From assembly GCA_900555715.1 (NCBI GenBank), contig USMC01000001.1, positions 107,128 to 171,127 of the forward strand: a stretch of DNA of 64,000 bases, given 5' to 3'. Source of the DNA: an uncultured Porphyromonadaceae bacterium. GTDB taxonomy: Bacteria > Bacteroidota > Bacteroidia > Bacteroidales > Muribaculaceae. The position numbers were made by a program, and so were the translations under genes. The notes below the pieces were generated by a model. It did not search any database, was not told the DNA's origin, and saw only the letters and a list, made by a program, of their open reading frames with translations. The stretch's first letter is position 1. Every line of letters begins with the position of its first letter. Below, one piece after another: positions 1 to 9,799 of the stretch.

Positions 1-73
1 GTGAAATAATATCTTCCGAACAGGCCATTAAACTCGGCTTATCAACGCAAATTTTCAGTAGGAACAACGAACA

Positions 74-1726
74 ATGATTGCTTCGGATTTAACGTGTTTA
101 TGGCAATACTCAAAAGGTTTTAGACTTAGGATTTTAACTACTATAATCCTAAGCTGTTTTGGCGTCATGTTTTCGCTTTTATTCGTGGAGACGATAAAGC
201 GACTATTGGATGATATATCTAACGAAATAGTTTTTTCATTCGTTTCTGCAATACTATATTTGATTGGATTTAAGGGCGGTCAGATAATATGCGAACAGTG
301 TGAAATTTTCTTACGAAGTAGTAATCGAGTAAGACTTGAAAATCATCTCGAATATAATTTATTTTGTAAGTTGACAAATAGTCCTGTTTATCATACTACA
401 AACTTTCATTCCGGTGATAGCATTTACCGATTGTCTTCTGATGCTGGTATCGTTGCAGAAGGCATATCATATACATTGCCCATGCTGATTTATTCGGTTG
501 TTCAGTTGTTTGCCACTTGGATTTATCTGATGACAATGCAACCCGGACTAACTGTTCTTTTGGTACTAATTGGCCCGATTATAATACTTGCAACATACTA
601 TTATACCAAGATTTTATCACCTGTTAGCAAAACTGTAAGAAAACATGGCAGTGAAGTAAATCAATATCTTCAGGAGCATATACAACATAAAGAACTTATT
701 GCAATATTAGAGCAACATAAATTTGTTCAAGACAGTGCAAAAGCAATTCAGAATAGATTTATTGGTTCACTCCTGAAGAAAATTAGAATAACCGTAGGTG
801 CAGATTCTATAACTGAAATTGGATTTGCAATAAGTTATTTATCAATATTTATATGGGGTATTTACTCTATTCCTGATGGTCTTATGACATACGGAACTTT
901 CGTTGTATTCCTTCAACTTGTAGGTCAGTTACAGCGTCCAGTTTTCATGTTTAAGGACCAGTACCCATCATTTATTTCAGCGTTAGCCTCTACTGAACGT
1001 GTTCAAGAGATATTTAATTTGCCAGAAGATTTTAGCAGAAGCAAAAAGATATTGAATGGAGAACTTGGGGTTTGCTTTGAAAACGTAAGTTTTGCTTATC
1101 CGAATAATCAGACACAAGTATTGGAACAATTTAACTGGGATTTCAAACCATGTTCAATAACTGCAATAATGGGAGAAACAGGTGTTGGCAAGAGCACTTT
1201 AGTTAAACTATTATTAGGTTTGCTATATCCAGATAAGGGTACTATTAAAATTTACAGTACGGAAAATGATAGAACCGAATCGGTAAGTAATGATACTCGA
1301 TGTAATTTTATCTATGTGCCACAAGGTAATAATTTACTCAGTGGAAGCATACGGTATAATTTACAATTGGGTAATCCAAATGCTTCTGATGAAGAAATGC
1401 GTCATGCTTTATGGGTGGCTGCCGGAGATTTTGTTTATACCCAACTTCCAGAAGGACTTGATACAGTCATTGGAGAGAGGGGGTTCTCTTTGAGTGAAGG
1501 TCAATCTCAACGTATATCAATTGCCAGAGGTTTATTGAAATCAGGGTCAGTTTTAATACTTGATGAACCGACTTCTGCTCTTGATAAAGAGACTGAGAAA
1601 ACTTTTTATAACCGACTTTTCACTTCGTGTAAAGGGAAAACCATAATAATCATAACACATAGAGATAATGAGACATCTTATTTTAATGACATTCTAACAC
1701 TTAAACCAATCAGAAACAACAAATAA
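74..1726 (+). CDS. ABC transporter, fused permease/ATP-binding protein (type I exporter half-transporter)
   Basis: The N-terminal ~300 aa are hydrophobic and read as multi-TM. Walker A GETGVGKST, ABC signature LSEGQSQRISIARGL and Walker B ILDEPTSALD are all present. There is no C39 peptidase domain. Codon usage is AT-rich, unlike the bulk of the window. Confidence 0.85.
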   Translation: MIASDLTCLWQYSKGFRLRILTTIILSCFGVMFSLLFVETIKRLLDDISNEIVFSFVSAILYLIGFKGGQIICEQCEIFLRSSNRVRLENHLEYNLFCKLTNSPVYHTTNFHSGDSIYRLSSDAGIVAEGISYTLPMLIYSVVQLFATWIYLMTMQPGLTVLLVLIGPIIILATYYYTKILSPVSKTVRKHGSEVNQYLQEHIQHKELIAILEQHKFVQDSAKAIQNRFIGSLLKKIRITVGADSITEIGFAISYLSIFIWGIYSIPDGLMTYGTFVVFLQLVGQLQRPVFMFKDQYPSFISALASTERVQEIFNLPEDFSRSKKILNGELGVCFENVSFAYPNNQTQVLEQFNWDFKPCSITAIMGETGVGKSTLVKLLLGLLYPDKGTIKIYSTENDRTESVSNDTRCNFIYVPQGNNLLSGSIRYNLQLGNPNASDEEMRHALWVAAGDFVYTQLPEGLDTVIGERGFSLSEGQSQRISIARGLLKSGSVLILDEPTSALDKETEKTFYNRLFTSCKGKTIIIITHRDNETSYFNDILTLKPIRNNK

Positions 1727-1737
1727 CAACAACAGAT

Positions 1738-4700
1738 ATGAAAGCAACATTTCTTAAACCAATCGCTTGCTGTGTATCTTTACTTCTAATTGTGTTTTGC
1801 TCGGCATTGCCTGCTAATGCCGGCGTTACGCCCATACAAAGTAGAGATGCCAGTTCCCCGGCGCAGAAAGCCGAGGCTCGTACAATTAGTGGAGTAGTTC
1901 TTGATGCACAGACTAAAGAACCTCTAATCGGTGCCACTATAAAGGATGCCAATTCCAACACTGGCACCACAACAGACTTGGATGGAAAGTATTCCATTAA
2001 GGTTACTCCATCGACAAAGGAACTCACAGTCTCTTTTGTAGGCTATGTTCCAAGCAAGGTAAAATTAGGGACGGACAACATTCTCAATGTTCTCTTAGAC
2101 GCTTCGAGTGAAATGCTCAATGAGGTGGTAGTTACAGGTATCCAATCCATAGAAAGAGGACGTGCCACTGGTGCTTTTTCAATTCTTGATCAGGATGACA
2201 TGAGCAATATTTATTCGACAAGTTTGACAGAAAAACTTGAAGGTGCAGTCCCCGGATTGTTTGTTGATAAGAATAATGACATAACCATACGAGGATTAGG
2301 CTCTTTAAATGCAAGCACAAAGCCTCTTATTGTAGTAGATGGGTTCCCTTTAGAAAGTTCTGAGCTTAACCTAAATCCTAATGATATTGAACAAATCAGT
2401 ATTCTTAAAGACGCTGCATCTGCTTCGATTTGGGGTATTCGTGCAGCAAACGGCGTTATTGTGGTGACCACTAAAAAAGGCAATGGTAATGGTCGAGTAA
2501 ATGTTAATTACTCCGGTACTGTTACATCAAGCGCAAAGCCTAAATGGTCAGATTTGCATATATTATCCTCAGACCAATATGTCAGTGCTAATTTTGCCAA
2601 TATTCTTGGTCAAGGAATCAGTTCATCCGCTTACGGAGGTCTTAATGAATTGGAAAAAATCTATCAATCGTATGATAATGGCATTTATTCACTTGACGAA
2701 GCATGGAATCAAGTGAATCTGCTTGGTCGCTTCAATAATGCCAAACAAATTTCCGATAATTTTTATCGACATGCTTTCACGCAACAACACAATGTTTCGT
2801 TGTCTTCAAATAGCGAGCGTGTCTCTACTTACGCATCGTTAAGTTTTGACCAAAACAAGATGCAACTACGCGGCAATGAGTATAATAAGTTTAATCTATT
2901 GGTAAATAATGACTTCAGGCTGCATCGTACATTTACAGTGACTCTTGGCATTAGGGGAACATATCAAAATTCAAAAAATAATGGTGTTGATATGACCGGA
3001 TATGAGCCTTGGATGAGAATTCTTAATGATGATGGTTCATATTACAATGAATATAATGGAATCTCCGAATCATGGGCCGAGGAATGTTATGCTTTAGGTA
3101 TGCGCGACTGGCATAAGAATTCTTTGGAAATCATGAGAATGAATGATAATCAAAGCAAGGAGTATAATCTTTCATCATCTTTAAGATTGGTTTGGAAACC
3201 AATTTCAGGACTGACGCTGTCATCACAAGGCACATATGAGTTTGGAAATACTCAAGGGATTCAGTTCTTCTCACAGGATCATTATAAAACTCGCAACTTG
3301 ACTAATCGCTTTACAGAAGTGTCCGTAGAAGATGGACATCCTGTAGGCATTGTCGCAAATCATCTGCCTACCAGCGGAGGTATTAAAAGCCTCAATGAAA
3401 CCCATCTTCAGTCTTATTCAATAAGAAACATGATTTCTTACAATAATGCTTTCAAGGATTTTGAGTATCGCGCTATGGTAGGCAATGAGATTTATTCTCT
3501 TGAAGGTAATCAATATTCCAACTGGCTTTGGGGATTTGACCCGGATCTTCTGACCTACCAAAGTGTGGATTTAGCCTCTTTACAAAGTGGAGTGTATGGT
3601 TACAACGGAAGAATTCAAACCCTTGATGAAGATGAGTATTCTACATCATACATAGAAAGACTTGAAAGATATGTTTCTTGGTTTGGAACTGCTAATATCA
3701 GTTATGCCAACAAGTATGACCTCTTTGGAAGCATTCGTTTGGATCAAACTAACCTGCTAACCAACTCAAGCAAGTTTAGAAATAATCCTTCGTGGTCAGT
3801 AGGTGCTAAATGGAACCTCAATAAAGAGACCTTCATGCATTCTCCATTGATTGATAATTTGGCACTGAGAGTATCATATGGCTTAACAGGAAATATTGAC
3901 AAGCGAACTGGTCCAGATATTGTTGGACAAGCATCTTCCGATTATAATATTCCGAACTTAAACTATATTATGATTACCAATCCGGCAAATCCGTTGCTTG
4001 GCTGGGAAAAGACCTATAGTTGGAATGTCGGTGTTGATTATATGTTCTTCAATGGTCGTATTTCAGGTGCGTTTGATTTCTATCATAAAAAGTCTAAGGG
4101 GCTATTAGCAGATGTTGACGTTGACCCTACAATCGGCTGGAGTAAGTTCTTCAAAAATTCCGCGACTGTATGCAATACCGGTTTTGATTGGTCTATACAC
4201 GGACGTATTCTTACTGATACACCTGTAAAGTGGGATGTTACATTGAATCTATCGTATAATAAAAATAAGGTAACAGAGATGAATTATACTCCAAGTAGAA
4301 AGGGGGCGTGCAAAGGGAATCCTATGCAAGGTTATCCTATTGGAAGTATTGCAGTACATAGATACGGAGGTCTCGATGAATTTGGTGACCCCACATTTAT
4401 GAGAAAAGGTGATGATACTAAGTACCATTACTCTGAATTAAATTCTCTTGGTCTTGATGACCTTGAATATGTAGGTTCAACAAATCCTCCAGTATTTGGC
4501 AGCTTATCCAGTTTATTGCGGTATCGTGATTTCTCTTTAAGTTTCATGTTGACATATCGTTTTGGCAGCAAACTCAGATTACCAGCACCAAAGAATACAG
4601 CTACCGGCATGTATAGTGAATGGTTTGGAGAGGAATACCGTTGGATCGAAGGTGCCAACAATGACAACAAATGGGTTCCCAGTCAGTACACAGAAAGTCC

Positions 4701-4995
4701 TTGGTCGCCGAAAAACCGTGATGAGTGTTTGCTCTTCAGCGATAAGATGGTAGATAGTGGAGATGCAATCTATTTTAGAAGCATTAAATTTATGTATGAC
4801 GCATCAAGAATCCTCAATAAAATTGGCATCAAAGGTGGAAGCGTAAGCATCGGTGGTGAAAACCTCTGTTTCTGGGCCAAAAATAAATATAATCTCGATC
4901 CCGACCAGATTTCTGTAAGTGGTGAGGTTTATGATACATATTGCACATTTGGCAAGCAACCTCGACTTGTAGTTGGTCTTAACTTGAACTTCTAA
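1738..4995 (+). CDS. SusC/RagA-family TonB-linked outer membrane protein
   Basis: 1085 aa with a signal peptide. The N-terminal carboxypeptidase-regulatory-like segment reads ISGVVLDAQTKEPLIGATI...TDLDGKYSI. Plug motifs DITIRGLGS and ILKDAASASIWGIRAANGVIVVTTKKG are present. A long barrel ends in a terminal F. The gene sits immediately upstream of a SusD-like gene. Confidence 0.9.
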   Translation: MKATFLKPIACCVSLLLIVFCSALPANAGVTPIQSRDASSPAQKAEARTISGVVLDAQTKEPLIGATIKDANSNTGTTTDLDGKYSIKVTPSTKELTVSFVGYVPSKVKLGTDNILNVLLDASSEMLNEVVVTGIQSIERGRATGAFSILDQDDMSNIYSTSLTEKLEGAVPGLFVDKNNDITIRGLGSLNASTKPLIVVDGFPLESSELNLNPNDIEQISILKDAASASIWGIRAANGVIVVTTKKGNGNGRVNVNYSGTVTSSAKPKWSDLHILSSDQYVSANFANILGQGISSSAYGGLNELEKIYQSYDNGIYSLDEAWNQVNLLGRFNNAKQISDNFYRHAFTQQHNVSLSSNSERVSTYASLSFDQNKMQLRGNEYNKFNLLVNNDFRLHRTFTVTLGIRGTYQNSKNNGVDMTGYEPWMRILNDDGSYYNEYNGISESWAEECYALGMRDWHKNSLEIMRMNDNQSKEYNLSSSLRLVWKPISGLTLSSQGTYEFGNTQGIQFFSQDHYKTRNLTNRFTEVSVEDGHPVGIVANHLPTSGGIKSLNETHLQSYSIRNMISYNNAFKDFEYRAMVGNEIYSLEGNQYSNWLWGFDPDLLTYQSVDLASLQSGVYGYNGRIQTLDEDEYSTSYIERLERYVSWFGTANISYANKYDLFGSIRLDQTNLLTNSSKFRNNPSWSVGAKWNLNKETFMHSPLIDNLALRVSYGLTGNIDKRTGPDIVGQASSDYNIPNLNYIMITNPANPLLGWEKTYSWNVGVDYMFFNGRISGAFDFYHKKSKGLLADVDVDPTIGWSKFFKNSATVCNTGFDWSIHGRILTDTPVKWDVTLNLSYNKNKVTEMNYTPSRKGACKGNPMQGYPIGSIAVHRYGGLDEFGDPTFMRKGDDTKYHYSELNSLGLDDLEYVGSTNPPVFGSLSSLLRYRDFSLSFMLTYRFGSKLRLPAPKNTATGMYSEWFGEEYRWIEGANNDNKWVPSQYTESPWSPKNRDECLLFSDKMVDSGDAIYFRSIKFMYDASRILNKIGIKGGSVSIGGENLCFWAKNKYNLDPDQISVSGEVYDTYCTFGKQPRLVVGLNLNF

Positions 4996-5007
4996 ATATC
5001 AGATAAA

Positions 5008-6405
5008 ATGAAACATTACATCATATGTATGATAGTAGCTCTATTAGGGCTAACCTCATGTCAAGATTTTCTTGACGAGACTCCAAAAGGAACGCTTATT
5101 CCGAAAACCGTAAATGATTTCGGAATGATGCTTGACAACTACGACTATGACAACTGCATCGGTTACGGACAGTTTATCACATTGATGATGACAGATGACG
5201 TGACGATTCCTGAAGATAAATCTTGGAAGTATTCCTCGTGGGGCCTCAATGGATATACGTGGGAAGATTTTATCTATAGCGCATCGGAGGATGATGATTG
5301 CTACAATAATTTCTACCATGTAATCTATATCTGTAATTATATCCTAAATAACTTGGCAGACGCACCGGATGGAACAAAATTTACACGCGAGTATGTTGAA
5401 GGTGCGGCGCGTTTTCATAGAGCGTTTGCCTATTTCTCTCTTGTCAACCTCTATGCAAAGCATTATGACGTTTCATCAGCGTCAACGGACCTCGGTGTCC
5501 CTCTGATACTCGATGCTGACCCCGAATTACAACTTGGCAGATCAACAGTTCAGGAGGTGTATAATCAGATAGATAAAGATTTATCTATCGCGAAGGATTT
5601 ACTTAATGCAGAAATACCAGAGTATTCATTTAGGCCCAATAAAACGGCTGTTTTAGCACTGTTAGCTCGTGTAAGACTGTATCAAGGTAATTATGAAGAA
5701 TGTGCCGACTACGCATCTAAAGCAATGGCGATATGCCCTAAGCCATACGATTTTAACAATTACGCTCTTGACGATGTTAATCCTGATTTTGGAATAAATG
5801 GATTCCCGTTTTATGGATGGGAAGTCCAAGATGTAATCTGTTATAAAGGGTCTGGATATGGTCCTAACGATGACCAAGATTATAATCTCTCAGATGAACT
5901 GATTCAACTTTTCAATAAGGAAACGGATTTACGTTGGAATGTATTTGTGACTACTTATCCAATTTTTGCGGGAGAAGAACCCGAAGGAGATAGTCCGAGG
6001 ACCGCTTTTACGTTCCCAAATAACAGAGGTCTAAATGTTGGAGAGTTATATTTAACGGGGGCTGAAGCATTTGCTCGTTTGAATAGAATAGATGATGCAC
6101 TTTCTGCTCTGAACGAATTGGGGGTTAAACGTCATAAAACCGGTACATATTCTGATGTGACAGAAAGAGATCCTAATAAACTCCTATCACTCATCCTTGA
6201 TGAAAGGAGGCGTGAATGTATTCAACAGGGTATAAGATGGTTTGACCTCAAAAGACTGAATAAGGAACCTCGTTTTAGAAAAACCATAACCCATGAATTA
6301 GAGGGAGAAACTTACAGCTTGGAACCTGATGATAATCATTATGTTTTGCCAATACCGTTATTTGTTATAAATAATAACCCATTGGTAGAGCAAAATCCCA
6401 GATAA
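5008..6405 (+). CDS. SusD/RagB-family nutrient-binding outer membrane lipoprotein
   Basis: Lipoprotein signal LLGLTSC. Its 465-aa size and position 13 bp after the SusC stop fit a SusD partner. The sequence is SusD-like, with a TPR-like helical fold region (YNQIDKDLSIAKDLL, LLARVRLYQGNYEECADYASKAM). Confidence 0.8.
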   Translation: MKHYIICMIVALLGLTSCQDFLDETPKGTLIPKTVNDFGMMLDNYDYDNCIGYGQFITLMMTDDVTIPEDKSWKYSSWGLNGYTWEDFIYSASEDDDCYNNFYHVIYICNYILNNLADAPDGTKFTREYVEGAARFHRAFAYFSLVNLYAKHYDVSSASTDLGVPLILDADPELQLGRSTVQEVYNQIDKDLSIAKDLLNAEIPEYSFRPNKTAVLALLARVRLYQGNYEECADYASKAMAICPKPYDFNNYALDDVNPDFGINGFPFYGWEVQDVICYKGSGYGPNDDQDYNLSDELIQLFNKETDLRWNVFVTTYPIFAGEEPEGDSPRTAFTFPNNRGLNVGELYLTGAEAFARLNRIDDALSALNELGVKRHKTGTYSDVTERDPNKLLSLILDERRRECIQQGIRWFDLKRLNKEPRFRKTITHELEGETYSLEPDDNHYVLPIPLFVINNNPLVEQNPR

Positions 6406-6480
6406 GTAACATAAAAGCCGAGGGAACAAATATTCAATTATTATTGAATTATGTTTCTTCGGCTTAAAACACAAGTAGCT

Positions 6481-7044
6481 ATGAGATATTTGATTTTAAT
6501 ATTATCGTGTGTAGTTATTTCTTCCATTGCGTTTTCAAACGAAAATTATTCTGCGGAATATCAAGGAGTGAAAATTTTGACCAATGATGGATATGAACCT
6601 AATGACACAAGTGTAATCTTGGAAATAATTGATACTTGTGCATACCTTCATTATTCGGAAAGAACAGATACTTTCTTGTTCCGCACGAATTTGAATAATT
6701 GGAAGATATATCGTGGACCCTCACGAGCGTCTAATGCTAACAAAAGGATGAAGATATCCAAAGACTCCATTATACTACAAGTCGATAATCACCAAGGTAA
6801 TACTCTATTTTACAATCGAGTTGGACTTAATGGAAATATCGAGAATAAAGTCCAGTGTATGGAATGTAATGGAGAAGGTGTTATATACTGCTACAAATGT
6901 GGTGGAACAGGTAACGTATTACCAAACCCAAAGGGAGGCCCGGATGCGGCTGTAGGAATTTGCCCAAAGTGTCATGGCATCAAATCGCTCAAAAAAGCTA
7001 TTTGTCAAAAATGCAGTGGTTCAGGACAAGTAATAATTCCGTAA
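6481..7044 (+). CDS. secreted protein with C-terminal DnaJ-type CR zinc-finger repeats (4x CxxCxG)
   Basis: The start was moved to the Met of MRYLILILSCVVISSIAFS, which gives a signal peptide. The C-terminus carries CMECNGEG, CYKCGGTG, CPKCHG and CQKCSGSG, i.e. four CxxCxG(xG) units as in the DnaJ cysteine-rich domain. Composition is AT-rich. The gene is followed by a hairpin terminator. Confidence 0.55.
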   Translation: MRYLILILSCVVISSIAFSNENYSAEYQGVKILTNDGYEPNDTSVILEIIDTCAYLHYSERTDTFLFRTNLNNWKIYRGPSRASNANKRMKISKDSIILQVDNHQGNTLFYNRVGLNGNIENKVQCMECNGEGVIYCYKCGGTGNVLPNPKGGPDAAVGICPKCHGIKSLKKAICQKCSGSGQVIIP

Positions 7045-7057
7045 TAGGAAGACTTAA

Positions 7058-7085
7058 ACGCCGCCTTTTGGCGGCCGAAATTTTT
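7058..7085 (+). terminator. rho-independent terminator (GCCGCC-tttt-GGCGGC hairpin followed by T-run)
   Basis: The GC stem gccgcc/ggcggc has a 4-nt loop and is followed by ...aaattttt. It lies 14 nt after the stop codon of the zinc-finger protein gene. It also marks the compositional boundary of the AT-rich block. Confidence 0.6.
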
Positions 7086-7157
7086 AGCAAAATCAAGCGG
7101 GGCGACTTCATCACGAGGTCGCTCCGCTATGTCTATATTACGACTTGGCTAATATCG

Positions 7158-7523
7158 TTAAAAATGGGTGTAAAGACCTGTCACGTCTGTGAAAATGTCC
7201 TCCAGCATATCGCAATAGACACCTTCAATTTTCTCAATGTCCTTTGTCGATACCTCAAAGGTCTTGTGGTTCATAGACTGGCGGTAAAACCGCACATTGT
7301 AGAGGTCTGCGCCCTCGTCATAGATGATTTCAAGGCGGTTCGCCGATGTCTTGTTTCGGCTGAGGCTCATTCTTAACCCGTTGCCGAGGTTGATGAAGTC
7401 GTGGCTTCCCGTCATTGCGACGAAGCGGTGTCCTCCGATTTGTTGGAGTATAGTTTTTGCAATCAGATTGTCCATAATTATGTCATTTAGAGTTGTTGAT
7501 TTTCTTGTTAAGCCATTCATCAC
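7158..7523 (-). CDS. hypothetical protein (mobile-element associated)
   Basis: 121-aa ORF in the same orientation as the PcfJ/PcfK-like genes downstream, with intermediate GC. No motif was recognised. Confidence 0.35.
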   Translation of the reverse strand: MMNGLTRKSTTLNDIIMDNLIAKTILQQIGGHRFVAMTGSHDFINLGNGLRMSLSRNKTSANRLEIIYDEGADLYNVRFYRQSMNHKTFEVSTKDIEKIEGVYCDMLEDIFTDVTGLYTHF

Positions 7524-7707
7524 GGTGTTGCCTGCACTCTTTGATGGTGGGGGCTACGCAGGAGAATAATTCTCCGTCGGTGTGGCGATAGTCGTATTGG
7601 TAGAGCTTTTTTCGTCTTGTACCATATCCGGTGTAGAACACCTCGTATCGTTCAGTGCCGGGAGTAGTGGTTGTGCTTACTCCGTTGACGGTCATTCTCG
7701 TTGTCAT
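7483..7707 (-). CDS. hypothetical small protein
   Basis: 74-aa ORF in series with the neighbouring minus-strand genes. It overlaps the 3' gene by ~40 bp. Coding status is uncertain. Confidence 0.25.
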   Translation of the reverse strand: MTTRMTVNGVSTTTTPGTERYEVFYTGYGTRRKKLYQYDYRHTDGELFSCVAPTIKECRQHRDEWLNKKINNSK

Positions 7708-7719
7708 AGTATTGCGGTT

Positions 7720-7977
7720 TTAGTATTCTACAATCAGTATCCTATATTCAAATGTAATATCGGGGTTGGTTATCTTTCTTTGTTTCAGCCATAGGTGGTG
7801 GCTCCCGTAGCCATAGACAAAGTATCGGTCAAGGTCGTACTTGTCGGTAAAGTCGGCTACTATCTGCCGTAGCGTTTCCTCGTTGTCGGCATAGAGAATG
7901 TGATTTACAAACTCTATGATGATTTCGGCTATCTTGTCATCAAAGATGATAGTGGGGTGTTCAAATGTTACGTTCAT
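7720..7977 (-). CDS. hypothetical small protein
   Basis: 85-aa ORF immediately downstream of the PcfJ-like gene on the same strand. Confidence 0.3.
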   Translation of the reverse strand: MNVTFEHPTIIFDDKIAEIIIEFVNHILYADNEETLRQIVADFTDKYDLDRYFVYGYGSHHLWLKQRKITNPDITFEYRILIVEY

Positions 7978-8029
7978 AATCAGTGGGTTTTATGACCTGC
8001 GCCATTGCTGACGCAGGTTGTGTTAGACA

Positions 8030-9340
8030 TTAGGCGGTCATTCTCTCCTTGATTAGTCGGGCGTTTGAGTTCACAAGGTCGATAATGCGGTCGTGGTACT
8101 CGGTATCCTTGTTATATTTGCCGTGGCACTGCACAACTTTGAGTGTCTGCAAGTCAACCTCTACCGTCTCTATTATGGTATCGCCAATCCTTGCCGACAA
8201 TACCAGCGTGTTCTTCTTAAGGTAGTAGGACGATGAGAATACGCAGATGTGCTGTGTGTTACCCTCTTGGCAGTATTCCTCTATGCTCTCAAGCACCTTC
8301 ACCGATATTTCATTGTCGGAGATTACCAGACCGAAGAACTTGGATTTTAGAGCCTTGAACTGTTCCTCCTGCTCTTTCTCTCGGAGCAGTCTTTCCTCGG
8401 CTCTCCTACGCTCGGCGTCCTCACGCTCCCGTCTGCGTCTGTCCTCTATCATTCGGCTCAATCTGTCGTGCGCCTCTATGAAATCTTCTGGGCAGATGTT
8501 CTTGGGATTGCGGAGGTCTTTGCCGATGTTCTTCAGCATCCGCAGATAGTCGCACCACATTCCGATGTTGTTGATATGATAGCGGTGGCGTTTGGCGATA
8601 AGGTACGATGCCCAAAATTCATCCGCATTGCAGGGATTGGAGAGAAAGTATTTCATTTCCTCAATCTCTCCGGCTTTCATCAGCGTCTCCATTCTTGGGT
8701 CGGCAAGCAGAGCCTTGAAAAGTCTGACGGGGGATACTCCGTAGAAATCGCCCTTGAAGCCGTTGCGTTGGAGTTGGGGTATTACCTTAATTCTCGGATA
8801 TACCTCACTCCATGCGACAACATCATCATACAGTGGGTTGTGCGGGCGTATCTCCATGTCGCTCCAATAAGACCAGCAGTCGCAGTAATGGAAAGTAAAT
8901 CCACGGAGCAATGCCATATCGGTAACTTTGCCTTCCGGAGAAATCCACCTTTGCACGACCTCCTGACAATAGAGTTGTCTGACCTCCCCCTTACGGCTTT
9001 CGCTCGTTATCAGCGACACACGGATTACTTGAAAACCCTTGTGTACTGTTATGACACTGAAATATGTGGTTTCCTTATGGGTGCGTTTGCGGGTGTCCTT
9101 CACTTTCAGTTCAGTACCGCAGTGAGGGCATTTGCAACCGGCAATAGTGTCGCAAAGGTTGCCTTTCTCTCCCTTCCAAACGTGTCCGCAGTCTGAACAT
9201 GTCATTGTTCCGCTATTTGTGCGATAGGCGAAATGCTCAATGCAGTGGCGGTATGCCCATTTCTCTTGTGTCGCGGTTATGGGGCGCAGTGTGGCGGATA
9301 GTGCTGCCACTTGCTTTTGTAATGCTGTCTTGGGTTTCAT
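8030..9340 (-). CDS. PcfJ-like conjugative-element protein
   Basis: 436 aa. N-terminal zinc-ribbon cysteine pairs (CSDCGHVW...CKCPHCG) and a central Arg/Glu-rich coiled segment (EDRRRREREDAERRRAEERLLREKEQEEQ) are present. Overall it resembles PcfJ-like proteins of Bacteroidales conjugative plasmids and transposons. It lies immediately upstream of a PcfK-like gene, the canonical pairing. Confidence 0.65.
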   Translation of the reverse strand: MKPKTALQKQVAALSATLRPITATQEKWAYRHCIEHFAYRTNSGTMTCSDCGHVWKGEKGNLCDTIAGCKCPHCGTELKVKDTRKRTHKETTYFSVITVHKGFQVIRVSLITSESRKGEVRQLYCQEVVQRWISPEGKVTDMALLRGFTFHYCDCWSYWSDMEIRPHNPLYDDVVAWSEVYPRIKVIPQLQRNGFKGDFYGVSPVRLFKALLADPRMETLMKAGEIEEMKYFLSNPCNADEFWASYLIAKRHRYHINNIGMWCDYLRMLKNIGKDLRNPKNICPEDFIEAHDRLSRMIEDRRRREREDAERRRAEERLLREKEQEEQFKALKSKFFGLVISDNEISVKVLESIEEYCQEGNTQHICVFSSSYYLKKNTLVLSARIGDTIIETVEVDLQTLKVVQCHGKYNKDTEYHDRIIDLVNSNARLIKERMTA

Positions 9341-9351
9341 AGCCGTAATGA

Positions 9352-9786
9352 TTAGAAGTCGAATAGACTGGGTTGTTCAACTTGGGTTTTCTTTTCACTC
9401 ACCTTCTTGGATTGCGTGGGTCTGCGCATTTTAGCCATTTCCTCATCACGGAGTCTGTTGATGGCGTCCTGCCGTGCCTGTTCCTTTTCTTCCTCGGTGA
9501 GTTCTACCGTATGGTTCACTACCACTTGGCAGTTGATAGGCTTGCCGACCTCTATCTCATTTTCTTCATAGTAATGGACTGCCATTCCGAAGATTTCATC
9601 GTCTGCGAAGCCGTTGCAACCGCTTTTCTGCACTTGGTTGATGATAAAAGTACAGCAGTCGGATACTGACTTTGATGGATTGGCATACTTGACAGCGAAC
9701 AGAGCGTCATTCTCCGCCATAGCTTCAAGATAAGCCTTGATTGTGTCTTGGAACGATTGTGTCCCTTTCATCGTGTTGCTTGCCAT
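9352..9786 (-). CDS. PcfK-like protein
   Basis: 144-aa acidic protein ending in a Lys-rich tail. It resembles PcfK-like family members, which are found next to PcfJ in Bacteroidales mobile elements. Confidence 0.6.
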   Translation of the reverse strand: MASNTMKGTQSFQDTIKAYLEAMAENDALFAVKYANPSKSVSDCCTFIINQVQKSGCNGFADDEIFGMAVHYYEENEIEVGKPINCQVVVNHTVELTEEEKEQARQDAINRLRDEEMAKMRRPTQSKKVSEKKTQVEQPSLFDF

Positions 9787-9799
9787 AGTCGTAAATGTT

